64,000 nt of DNA from Bacteroidales bacterium (lineage in GTDB: Bacteria > Bacteroidota > Bacteroidia > Bacteroidales > VadinHA17). The translations under genes were made by a program, and so were the position numbers. The stretch lies in NCBI GenBank assembly GCA_003141895.1, contig PLNT01000036.1, forward strand, positions 53,195 through 117,194, read 5' to 3'. The notes beneath the pieces are model-generated. The model did not search any database. It was not told where the DNA came from and worked only from the letters and a program-made list of their open reading frames with translations. Of the stretch, positions 9,509 through 18,756 are shown piece by piece; positions within the stretch are counted from its first letter, which is position 1; each line of letters opens with the position of its first letter.

Positions 9509-9739
9509 GATTCGATTGCCTGACATAATATCTGCCGAAAACTTGCTGAAGAAAATTATTTTGGAGATTGTTTTAAAGCAACAAACTGACTACATACTTT
9601 TACTAAATTTAAGACTTCTGATTTGATTCAAAGATTAGAAATACTGTTTAACATTCATAATTAAATAATAAACAAAATTTCAATTCAGTTTTTAATAAAT
9701 TCTTATAAATCTCATTATTAATTAGTTATAAGAAAAAGA

Positions 9740-9769
9740 GGTCCGCACGCAGGGGCGGACCCCTTTTTT
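9740..9769. terminator. Bidirectional rho-independent terminator
   Basis: 'aaaaagaGGTCCGCacgcaggGCGGACCccttttttc' is a GC stem flanked by an A-run and a T-run. Confidence 0.7.
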
Positions 9770-9972
9770 CATAAATGTTAAAAACCATATCATATACTAA
9801 CAGTAATTATTTCACTCTGAAAGTCTCAAAACGGGAACTTATTATTATAACTAATCTGAACTTTCCAGATAGAAGATTGGTAGCATCATCAAACAGAACA
9901 TTCTGTTCTGCATCGTTAAATAATAAAAAAGGGATACAAAATAAATTGACAATATAAAATATGTAGCTATTT

Positions 9973-10992
9973 CTATTTTACAAAAACAAAAATTGGTTCA
10001 TAATTAAATTGTGTTTTTTTATCTTGTAAATTCACATTTGAAAGTGCTAATTGATATGTGGTTTCGTGCTTAAATCCAACTCTCTCAGCAGTTTTTTTGG
10101 TTTCCCACTCCAAATTAATGTTGTGCTTTCCTTTTACATCAGCTATGTTAATCAGCATGTATCCCCCGTGTTTTAAACCATAATAACAATTCTCAAATGT
10201 TTTTCTTAAATATCCATCAATCCATGCTTGTTTTCTATTAAACCTAATATAGCTCTGCGAAGGTTCGTCACTGTATTTTTCTAAGTTGAAATATGGCGGT
10301 GAAGTAAAACACAAATCCAGCATTCCTTTTTCTGGCTGATAATCTTCACTTCCTGTATTAAAAATTTCATAATACATATTACCTGCAAAGTCCTCTGCCA
10401 TATCATGCAATCCATCAAATGATAATTTCGATGGTTCTGTTGCAATATAGTGTTTCACGCCACCAGCGATTGCTCCAAGCAATCTACCTCCCCAGCCGCC
10501 TGACATATCCCAAACAACACCGTTTTTTGCATACATGTCATATATGCACGCTGCTGCTGTTGGTCTAAAGTTTGACACTCCCTGTACACCAGAATAAATT
10601 TTCAACATCTTTCTTATGCCAGAATCTGCTACATAAGTACCCATCTGTAATCTTTTACGAATAACTTTCATAAAAATTTCATCATTCATAAATGCTTCAT
10701 AAGGTGTCATTTTACCATTTGACCTGACATTGAACGAATGTGGAAAATATGACCACGCAAGTCCCAAACCATGCATGGATTGCTTTATGATACTGCCAAC
10801 AAATAATCTTTTAAAATCATGTTTCATTAAATTTTCAAAATCCTTTTGTCTGGTTGCATCATCTGTTTGAAAATATGGAAAGCCAATTTCTCTGTAATGT
10901 GTAAAAATTTTTATTGCAAAGTTTTCTAATTCATCGGGTGTCATATTTATCCAATCAATTTTATTTATGTGTAAACCTTTTTTTCTTATCAT
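9973..10992 (-). CDS. DNA methyltransferase (N4-C/N6-A class, SPPY motif), no adjacent nuclease
   Basis: The motif I-like 'VWDMSGGWGGRLLGA' precedes motif IV 'CFTSPPYFN'. Confidence 0.8.
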   Translation of the reverse strand: MIRKKGLHINKIDWINMTPDELENFAIKIFTHYREIGFPYFQTDDATRQKDFENLMKHDFKRLFVGSIIKQSMHGLGLAWSYFPHSFNVRSNGKMTPYEAFMNDEIFMKVIRKRLQMGTYVADSGIRKMLKIYSGVQGVSNFRPTAAACIYDMYAKNGVVWDMSGGWGGRLLGAIAGGVKHYIATEPSKLSFDGLHDMAEDFAGNMYYEIFNTGSEDYQPEKGMLDLCFTSPPYFNLEKYSDEPSQSYIRFNRKQAWIDGYLRKTFENCYYGLKHGGYMLINIADVKGKHNINLEWETKKTAERVGFKHETTYQLALSNVNLQDKKTQFNYEPIFVFVK

Positions 10993-11295
10993 ACCAATAC
11001 TTTTATTCTTATTTTTAAATATACACTAATCAAAAGCTAAATCTCAGTGTTGGGTCTGGCTGCAAAAATATATCGAAAATATTTGAAATGCATGACTTTT
11101 TTAAAATCTTGACCATAAAAAGTATTTTAATACCCACTGCGAAGTAATACATACTCCCAATCTTATTTTATTAATAATCAATGCTAATATGCTATACATG
11201 ATACTATGTATAATATTATTTTTAAAAACTCTTGCCTTTTAAGGATTTTTATATTATTTATGTAGAGTTCAACATGACAGTGCATTCATCCCGAA

Positions 11296-11800
11296 GCTAA
11301 CAGATACCTGCCACGGACAACAGAGCCAACAGTCAGACAGAACATGAAAGAAGACACACTGAAATTAGACCACGCACTGTAACAAATCCCATCACTGTAA
11401 TAACATCTACTGTAGTTACCAAGGAAGCAGAAGGCTGCTAACACACCCTTGGGACATAACTGCTTTAAATCAGTTTAAACTCACACTGGCTGTTTGACAT
11501 TGGATAATTGTGTGAATGTCATCAGAGATAAAAATGAGTATAAATAAAGTGGTGGTGATGTTATTATGCCAGTTATATATAAATCTATGCTCTGTCCTTT
11601 TAAGTTTCTGACAACATAGTCCAAATGACAAGATGATGATGAATGTGTATATAACAGTTAAAAGTTACTATGAGATACAACCATTGGGTAATATGTGGGT
11701 TAATGGTTAACAGGGAGTATACGAATAACATTACAGATGACAGTTTGACAATTTTCAGTGTTCTGGTTGCAGGGTGAAGAAGATAGTCAGGGTATAAAGC
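11296..11800. other. ORF-free, compositionally foreign block with an AC-rich left arm and a GT-rich right arm (degenerate inverted repeat, candidate structured RNA)
   Basis: No ORF of 60 aa or more occurs on either strand from 10993 to 12172. The first 60 nt (11281-11340) are 31/60 G+C by my count, against a much more AT-rich surrounding. Collinear words in the left arm (atacctg, caacag, agaaca, ctgaaatt, actgt, ctgtaat, gttacc) recur in the reverse complement of 11705-11795 (ataccctg, caaccag, agaaca, ctgaaaatt, actgt, ctgtaat, gttaacc). Confidence 0.4.
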
Positions 11801-12046
11801 AAACTATGTCCAATAATAAAATCCACCTAAAGCATTACTTCAGATAAAATCTCCTTTTGAATATTTTTCGACTCTTTTCCCTATATTTTTACTACTACTT
11901 TCCATTCGGGTGTGTTAAATTAGTCCACAAATTGCTGAAATCATAATGAAGTATTGAGCATCAATTATTTATTTGCTACCAATTGTTAGCGTATTCACAA
12001 CTGATTTTCATATTTTTATTGATTAGAAAAGTCAACTATATTACAA

Positions 12047-12142
12047 ATGGATAAGAAATCACTCTCTGAAAGAGATATATGTACAAAATTTATTACACCA
12101 GCTATATTAAAATCTGGCTGGGACAATCAGAAACACTTGTAA
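12047..12142 (+). pseudogene. Remnant of a type I restriction enzyme R-subunit (HsdR) N-terminus
   Basis: The 31-codon ORF 'MDKKSLSERDICTKFITPAILKSGWDNQKHL*' matches the characteristic HsdR_N start (LSExD..xxFIxPALxxxGW) and then stops. Confidence 0.6.
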
Positions 12143-12209
12143 GAATTAGTTGACAATATTAAATTATTGCATTTACCTTTGATTATAAACCATATTTGAA
12201 TACGATAGC

Positions 12210-14045
12210 ATGACAGAACTGATCTGGGAAGGAAAGTACAAAGACGGCAAAAAGGCAACACCTATTCGTATTGCTTTACCCTTCCAAACCATTGAAACTA
12301 TTAATGAAAGTGTCCAGCAAAGACAAAAATCATTGGATTTTTTTGCATCAGAACCCAATGCTTCTTACGACAAAGAGTGGCGTAATAGGATAATCTGGGG
12401 TGATAAAAAATATGTTCTACCAAGTTTATTGCCTGAATTTGCAGGCAAAGTGAACCTGATTTATATTGACCCACCATTTAATGTTGGTTCAGATTTTTCT
12501 TTTACTGCAACAATTGCTGATAATCCAGATACAGATGAAGATGAAACAACACAGTTTGTAAAACAACCAAGTATCATTGAGCAGAAGGCATACAGGGACA
12601 CATGGGGAAAAGGATTGGATAGTTACATGCAATGGTTCTATGAAACTGCTTTACTGCTAAAGGAATTACTTACTGATAATGGTAGTATTTATGTGCATTT
12701 GGATTGGCATGTTGGACATTATGCAAAAACAGTTCTGGATGAAGTATTTGGTTATGAAAATTTTAGAAATGAAATCATATGGTATTATTATAATAAATTC
12801 CAAGGCAACATAAATAGATTTGCGTCTAATCATGATGTGGTTTTTTTATATTCAAAAGGTGAAAAGTTTAAATTTAAGAAGCAGATTGAAAAGAGACCTG
12901 AAAGAATAAAACAGATAAAAAGAGTTTGGGATAAGGAGAAAAGCAAAATTGTTAACGCTAAAGGTGAAGATGGTAAGGTTTTGTATATAGAGACTGATGT
13001 AAAAACAGTGGATGACGTTTGGCGAATATCAATGCTTCAGCCTGCTGATAAAACTGAAAACTTGTTTTATCCTACCCAAAAACCTGAAGCACTAATAGAG
13101 AGAATAGTCAATGCAAGTAGTGATGAAGGAGACTTAATATTGGATTGTTTCTGTGGAAGTGGAACAACAGCAGCAACTTCAGAAAAATTAAATCGCAGAT
13201 GGATTGCTTGCGACCTTGGAAGATTCGCCATTCATACTACACGAAAAAGATTGTTAGGTACTGAAAATGTGAAACCCTTTATAGTCCAAAACCTTGGTAA
13301 ATACGAACGTCAACAATGGATGAATGCTGAATTTGAGAATCCTGAAAATCGGATTCAACAGGAAAAGGCATACAAACATTTTATTATAGAACTGTATCAA
13401 GCTAAATCCCTGAATGGTTATACGTGGCTGCATGGAGCAAAAGCTGGGAGATTGGTTCATGTGGGGAGTGTAGAAGCACCTGTAGCAATTGAAGATATCA
13501 AATCTGCCATAAAAGAGTTTTGGCAATTGATTGGCAAAGAAAAATCTTTACAAACTAATGGTATAGATTTCTTAGGTTGGGACTTTGCATTTGATGTAAA
13601 CGAGACTGCCAAACAATTTGCAGCCGAAAACAAAGTGGATGTTTCATTTAAAAAAATACCTCGTGAGGTCTTAGAAAAAAAAGCAGTTGAACAAGGAGAT
13701 ATTAAGTTTTATGAACTGGCTTCATTAACTATAAAAACAAAAATCGTAAGCAAGAAGCTAACCATAGCACTCGATAATTTTATTATCCCCCCTGATGATG
13801 TACCACAGGACGTTCAAGGTAAAATTTCACATTGGAGTCAATGGATTGATTATTGGGCAGTGGATTGGAATTACAGGGACGATACATTTCATAATGAATG
13901 GCAGAGCTATCGTACCAAACAAGAACCTAAAATTGATTTAACTGTAGCACATGTTTATGAAACATCTGCAAAATATACCGTTCTGATCAAAGTGATCGAT
14001 ATTTTAGGCAACGATACAACTAAAGTTCTTCATATTGACATTTAA
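12210..14045 (+). CDS. mod: Type III R-M methyltransferase (Mod), beta-class N6-adenine
   Basis: Motif IV 'LIYIDPPFNVGSDF' precedes motif I 'LDCFCGSGTTAATSEKL'. Res follows 2 nt downstream. Confidence 0.9.
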   Translation: MTELIWEGKYKDGKKATPIRIALPFQTIETINESVQQRQKSLDFFASEPNASYDKEWRNRIIWGDKKYVLPSLLPEFAGKVNLIYIDPPFNVGSDFSFTATIADNPDTDEDETTQFVKQPSIIEQKAYRDTWGKGLDSYMQWFYETALLLKELLTDNGSIYVHLDWHVGHYAKTVLDEVFGYENFRNEIIWYYYNKFQGNINRFASNHDVVFLYSKGEKFKFKKQIEKRPERIKQIKRVWDKEKSKIVNAKGEDGKVLYIETDVKTVDDVWRISMLQPADKTENLFYPTQKPEALIERIVNASSDEGDLILDCFCGSGTTAATSEKLNRRWIACDLGRFAIHTTRKRLLGTENVKPFIVQNLGKYERQQWMNAEFENPENRIQQEKAYKHFIIELYQAKSLNGYTWLHGAKAGRLVHVGSVEAPVAIEDIKSAIKEFWQLIGKEKSLQTNGIDFLGWDFAFDVNETAKQFAAENKVDVSFKKIPREVLEKKAVEQGDIKFYELASLTIKTKIVSKKLTIALDNFIIPPDDVPQDVQGKISHWSQWIDYWAVDWNYRDDTFHNEWQSYRTKQEPKIDLTVAHVYETSAKYTVLIKVIDILGNDTTKVLHIDI

Positions 14046-14047
14046 TT

Positions 14048-16615
14048 ATGGCACGTAAAAAAGCACCCAACGCTCAAAAAGACCTGTTTAATATCCAAGA
14101 ACAGTTAAGTACGGCTGCTTGTGTCCCAGCCATTCGTGAAGCAGTTAAAGCATGGAGAAACGACAAATACAAAGGTATTACTGCTACAACAAGAGAATTA
14201 TTGAACTTCTGGTTTTACACAGACCATATTCTACATAATGGTCAAACATTTCGCTATCATACGGCACAGCGTGAAGCGATTGAAACCCTTATTTATATCT
14301 ATGAAGTAAAAAAGATAAGAACAAGAAAAGACTTGCTTGAAAATTATGCTTTTACATTAAAAGATTTAAGACTTCCCCCTTACGATGATTTTGCAAGATA
14401 TTGTGTGAAAATGGCGACAGGAAGTGGCAAAACAAAAGTAATGGCACTGGCAATTGTTTGGCAGTTTGCCAATGCAGTAAAAGAAGATGAAACCCAGTAT
14501 GCAAAAAACTTTTTAGTGCTTGCACCTAATGTTATTGTTTTCGACCGATTGAAAAGTGATTTTGAAAGTGGTAAAATATTTAGAACCGACCCATTAATAC
14601 CAAAACATTTTCAATGGTGGTGGGAAATGGAATACTACATGCGAGGCGATACAGAACGCACAAATAGTACAGGTGCTTTGTATTTGACCAATATTCAACA
14701 ATTCTATGAAAGAAATATAAAATCAAGTGAAGAAGAAGTTGATATTATGACTTCAATGCTTGGTTCAAAACCACCTTCTACCAAGACCGAGATTACTGAT
14801 TTTGATGAGCGTATTGAAAAGCGTGATGGTTTATTGATGGTACTAAATGATGAAGCACATCATACACATGATGAAGAAAGCGAGTGGAGTAAATTAATCA
14901 GGAGACTCCATACACAAAAAAATATTACAGCACAATTGGATTTTTCTGCTACACCACGTTATAGTAAGGGAAGTTTATTTGCATGGACTGTATTTGATTA
15001 TCCACTGAAACAAGCTATACTTGATAGAATAGTAAAACGTCCTATAAAGGGTATTTCACATATTGAAGAAGCAAAATCTGATATTTCAAGTGTACGTTAT
15101 CAAGGATTTATCACGGCAGGTGTTGAACGATGGAAAGAATATAAAGAACAATTATCGAAACTGGATAAAAAACCTATCCTGTTTGTTATGTTGAACAATA
15201 CTATTGAGGCTGATGATATTGGTGATTGGCTTAGAGTAAAGTATCCAGCAGAATTCGGTGGAGATAAAACCTTAATTATTCATACAGATAACACAGGTGA
15301 GGTCAGCAAGAAAGACCTTGACCTTGCAAGAAAAACAGCACGTGATGTTGATGATGAGAAAAGTCCAGTGAATGCGATAATTTCCGTTTTGATGTTACGT
15401 GAAGGCTGGGATGTACAAAACGTTACAGTAGTGGTGGGTTTGCGACCGTATTCTGCAAAGGCAAACATTCTTCCTGAGCAGACTATTGGTAGAGGACTAC
15501 GCTTGATGTTCCGCAACATGAGTGGAAGTTATACTGAACGTGTTGATATCATTGGCAATAATGCCTTTATGGAATTTGTTGAAGATTTGGAAAGACTGGA
15601 AGATTTAAAGTTTGAAACATTTCAGATCGGCAAGGATAAACTGAAAATACTAACAGTTCAGCCAGTCGAAGATAAAAAGGATTATGATATTGGAATCCCT
15701 GATATTTCATCTGTACTGGCAAGAAAAAAATCTTTAGCAGAAGAAATTGGCGATATAGATGTCATGAATTTTAATATAAACATTCTTCCATTTAAGGGGA
15801 AAGACCTTGGTGAAACAAAGACGTTTATATATGAAGGTAGAGACATATTGACTGATGAAAAATTACTTGAAAGAGAATATACCATTCCACCCGCACAGAC
15901 TGTAGAAGAAGTTATTGGATACTACGCCAGACGAATTGCGCAGAATATCAAGCTGCCCTCTCACTTTGCACTAATTGCACCAAAAGTTCGGGAATTCTTC
16001 GAATATAAAGCATTCGGGAGAAGAATTGACATCAATGATATAAATGTTATCCCCGCAATAAGCAGTAATATTGCCAGTTATGTGGTAATTAAAGAATTTG
16101 AAAGAGTATTACGTGAAATAGTTATTGAACACAAAGAACCGCAACTTCTTTCAGCCAACCGCTTTCTGTCATTAACAGTCCCATTCCCCACATCAAAAAA
16201 AGTGTTGGAAGCGAAGAAATCAGTATTTAATTACACACCCTGTGACAACGAATTTGAATATAATTTTGCAAAATTCCTTGAAAAGGCAGATGATATAAAA
16301 GCATTTGCAAAACTTCCAGAACAATTCGGCTTCTGTATTCAATACACTGACACAGTAGCGAACATTAGAAATTACTTCCCAGATTTTATTGCAATATCTG
16401 AAGATAATACTAACTGGATAATTGAGACCAAGGGAAGAGAAGATATTGAAGTGAAGCTGAAAGATAATGCTGCTATTAATTGGTGCAAGATCGCAACTGA
16501 ATTAACTAATGCCAAATGGCAGTATATAAAAGTGGCACAGAAAGAATTTGAACAATTACATCCTGAGAGTTTTGACGAACTGATTGCAGCAATTAATCCA
16601 CTAACATTATTTTAA
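14048..16615 (+). CDS. res: Type III restriction enzyme (Res): SF2 helicase plus C-terminal PD-ExK nuclease
   Basis: Helicase motifs are 'MATGSGKTKVMA' (Walker A), 'VLNDEAHH' (DEAH), 'MLREGWDVQNV' and 'QTIGRGLR'. The C-terminal 'PDFIAISEDNTNWIIETKG' is the nuclease core. Confidence 0.9.
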   Translation: MARKKAPNAQKDLFNIQEQLSTAACVPAIREAVKAWRNDKYKGITATTRELLNFWFYTDHILHNGQTFRYHTAQREAIETLIYIYEVKKIRTRKDLLENYAFTLKDLRLPPYDDFARYCVKMATGSGKTKVMALAIVWQFANAVKEDETQYAKNFLVLAPNVIVFDRLKSDFESGKIFRTDPLIPKHFQWWWEMEYYMRGDTERTNSTGALYLTNIQQFYERNIKSSEEEVDIMTSMLGSKPPSTKTEITDFDERIEKRDGLLMVLNDEAHHTHDEESEWSKLIRRLHTQKNITAQLDFSATPRYSKGSLFAWTVFDYPLKQAILDRIVKRPIKGISHIEEAKSDISSVRYQGFITAGVERWKEYKEQLSKLDKKPILFVMLNNTIEADDIGDWLRVKYPAEFGGDKTLIIHTDNTGEVSKKDLDLARKTARDVDDEKSPVNAIISVLMLREGWDVQNVTVVVGLRPYSAKANILPEQTIGRGLRLMFRNMSGSYTERVDIIGNNAFMEFVEDLERLEDLKFETFQIGKDKLKILTVQPVEDKKDYDIGIPDISSVLARKKSLAEEIGDIDVMNFNINILPFKGKDLGETKTFIYEGRDILTDEKLLEREYTIPPAQTVEEVIGYYARRIAQNIKLPSHFALIAPKVREFFEYKAFGRRIDINDINVIPAISSNIASYVVIKEFERVLREIVIEHKEPQLLSANRFLSLTVPFPTSKKVLEAKKSVFNYTPCDNEFEYNFAKFLEKADDIKAFAKLPEQFGFCIQYTDTVANIRNYFPDFIAISEDNTNWIIETKGREDIEVKLKDNAAINWCKIATELTNAKWQYIKVAQKEFEQLHPESFDELIAAINPLTLF

Positions 16616-16853
16616 TGAATATCATAGGGTTAAATACTTCGCTGGATAGTCATATCAGGTGTACCAGCAAATGACATTCAATTATTTGTATATTGCTATT
16701 TAAATGAACAGATAAAAATAGTCACCACACCTAAGTCAATAGAATTGCCACTATGGCGTTTATACAATCGTTTGGTGTAAGTTTAAAAAGACACCGTTAC
16801 CGTAAACGTTCAATTTTAAAGTGTAAATTTGCAATAAAAACAGAACTGACTTC

Positions 16854-18011
16854 TTGAAAATTGAACAAAATATATCGAGACTTAAATATCTGCTGACATT
16901 ATACAAAATGACAGTGGAAGAGTTGTTGACTTTTATCAGTGAAGGATTGAAAACTCCACTGACCAAGGACGATATTTTTGGCAATGAAATCAACCTAAGC
17001 CATCTAAAACGAATTGACAAAGTTTTTAATAAAGGACTTCACTACTATTTAGACCCTAAATCACCTGACGTTTCGCAAGACGCAAGTATTTTTTTTAGAA
17101 AAAATAAATTTGGGACAGACTTAAATATTGGAGCTAAAAAAATTGTAAATCAATTTGAAGAATTTAAAATTTCACTGTCTGCTATAGCAAAACTTTCTGA
17201 GTTAAATATGGAAAGAACCATTCCAATATTTAGCATTAAACAAGAACCCAAAAAAGTTGCTCAAGACTTACGAGAAGAACTTTATCCAGACTTCAATTCA
17301 ATTCCAAAAGAATTTCTAAGAGCACTAATTGGTAAACTTGCTGAAAACAACATTTTGGTTTTTGAATTTGTAGAAACTTGGAATAAAAAAGAAAAAGCAA
17401 ACATTGATGGTTTTTTCTTAAATCCAAGTGTGATTGTTCTTAAAAGGCAACAAACATCTTTTCGTAGAGAAATTTTTACGCTCATTCACGAATTGGGACA
17501 CTTCTTAATAAACGAAGAGGAGATAGAGCAATTAGATGTTTTAAGTCTTGCTAACTCTAAATTGAGTGCAATTGAAAGATGGTGTAATGACTTTGCATAT
17601 TATTTTTTAGTAGGAGACTTTGATAAAGCAATTATAAGCATTGATAAAGCTGACGGTAACAACGACTATCATTTTGACATTATCGAAAAAGTTTCTGAAA
17701 AAACGCATTTAAGTGAAATAGCTTTGTTTACAAAATTGCTTTTTGAAAATAAAATATCACAATCCAACTACAACTTAATAAAAACAGACAAGGACGAGGA
17801 ATACAGGCAGAGACAAGAAGAAGAAAAAAAGAAAAGGGAACTTGATAAACTTCAAGGCATTAAAACAAGTGGTTCAACCCCTAAACCTATGAATTCACCT
17901 TTGCTTGTTTCCACAATCCAGACTGCATTTTACGAAGGAGTAATTAACGAGTATGATGTATGTAAGACTTTAAATATTTCACCTGATAAATTAGAAACAT
18001 TTTTACAATGA
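16854..18011 (+). CDS. ImmA/IrrE-family (COG2856) Zn-metallopeptidase with an N-terminal HTH-like region
   Basis: It carries the HExxH motif 'LIHELGHFL'. The N-terminus 'RLKYLLTLYKMTVEELLTFIS' is HTH-like. The listed ORF starts at TTG, and an in-frame ATG lies at about 16908. Confidence 0.8.
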   Translation: MKIEQNISRLKYLLTLYKMTVEELLTFISEGLKTPLTKDDIFGNEINLSHLKRIDKVFNKGLHYYLDPKSPDVSQDASIFFRKNKFGTDLNIGAKKIVNQFEEFKISLSAIAKLSELNMERTIPIFSIKQEPKKVAQDLREELYPDFNSIPKEFLRALIGKLAENNILVFEFVETWNKKEKANIDGFFLNPSVIVLKRQQTSFRREIFTLIHELGHFLINEEEIEQLDVLSLANSKLSAIERWCNDFAYYFLVGDFDKAIISIDKADGNNDYHFDIIEKVSEKTHLSEIALFTKLLFENKISQSNYNLIKTDKDEEYRQRQEEEKKKRELDKLQGIKTSGSTPKPMNSPLLVSTIQTAFYEGVINEYDVCKTLNISPDKLETFLQ

Positions 18012-18583
18012 AAGTAGTAATTGACACAAATTCACTTTTGTCGTTGGTTCGTTACTACTTACCATTCGATAAGAAGTCAGTCTTATTTGAATTCATAAAA
18101 GAAAAAATCAATCAGGGTGAAATTATTATCATTGACAAGGTTCTTGAAGAATGTACATACAATTCTAAAGGACTTGTAATCAAAACACTTGTATATCTTG
18201 AAGATAAAGCATTCCTTAAATCGGCAAAAGTTCCTTACAAAACTGAATCTTTATTAGCTCCTTCTCCAGCAAAATTTCTTAGACAGGTTGACAATCAATT
18301 CGTCAATACATTCTTAAGAAATCAGCGAAAACTGACAGATACAGAGTTTGAAAACCAAAAGAACAGTTTTCTTAACGATGCTGATATTAGACAGATTATC
18401 CTTTGCTTAAACATTATTAAAGAGGGAGAAGAAGTCATTTTAGTGACAGAAGAATCAGAAGTCAGCAACGACAACAAATTATTCAAGAAAATTCCAGCAA
18501 TCTGCAAAGAGTTAGATATACTGACAATGACACTTCCTGAACTTTTGGACAAATATGATGGTATTAACATTGACTTCAAATAA
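18008..18583 (+). CDS. PIN-like DUF4411-type protein, partner of the ImmA/IrrE peptidase
   Basis: It overlaps the upstream stop by 4 nt (ATGA). The N-terminus 'MKVVIDTNSLL' is PIN-like. The pairing with COG2856 is a known gene neighbourhood. Confidence 0.55.
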   Translation: MKVVIDTNSLLSLVRYYLPFDKKSVLFEFIKEKINQGEIIIIDKVLEECTYNSKGLVIKTLVYLEDKAFLKSAKVPYKTESLLAPSPAKFLRQVDNQFVNTFLRNQRKLTDTEFENQKNSFLNDADIRQIILCLNIIKEGEEVILVTEESEVSNDNKLFKKIPAICKELDILTMTLPELLDKYDGINIDFK

Positions 18584-18756
18584 AAGAAAACCTACGCCTA
18601 ACATCAGTTATCCAAAAGGGGCGGTTCTTTGTGTAATTGAAATTAATATATCTATCAAAGTTCCTTGCAGGTTGACAGATTAGTGCTTCGAAATTGCCAT
18701 CTTCAGGTAGTTGCAAATCGTTGCTTATTTATTAAATGACCCCATAAAACAGAAAT

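Noticed and set aside
9775-9957. 60 aa ORF downstream of the bidirectional terminator
   Set aside because: It is short with low-complexity sequence, sits between a terminator and the 3' end of the methyltransferase gene, and has no motif.
10993-12046. Retron, group II intron or ToxI-like repeat array as an explanation for the ORF-free block
   Set aside because: No reverse transcriptase or toxin ORF is adjacent. I saw no regular tandem repeats and no recognisable group II 5' GUGYG or domain V sequence by eye. The block is kept as an unexplained finding instead.
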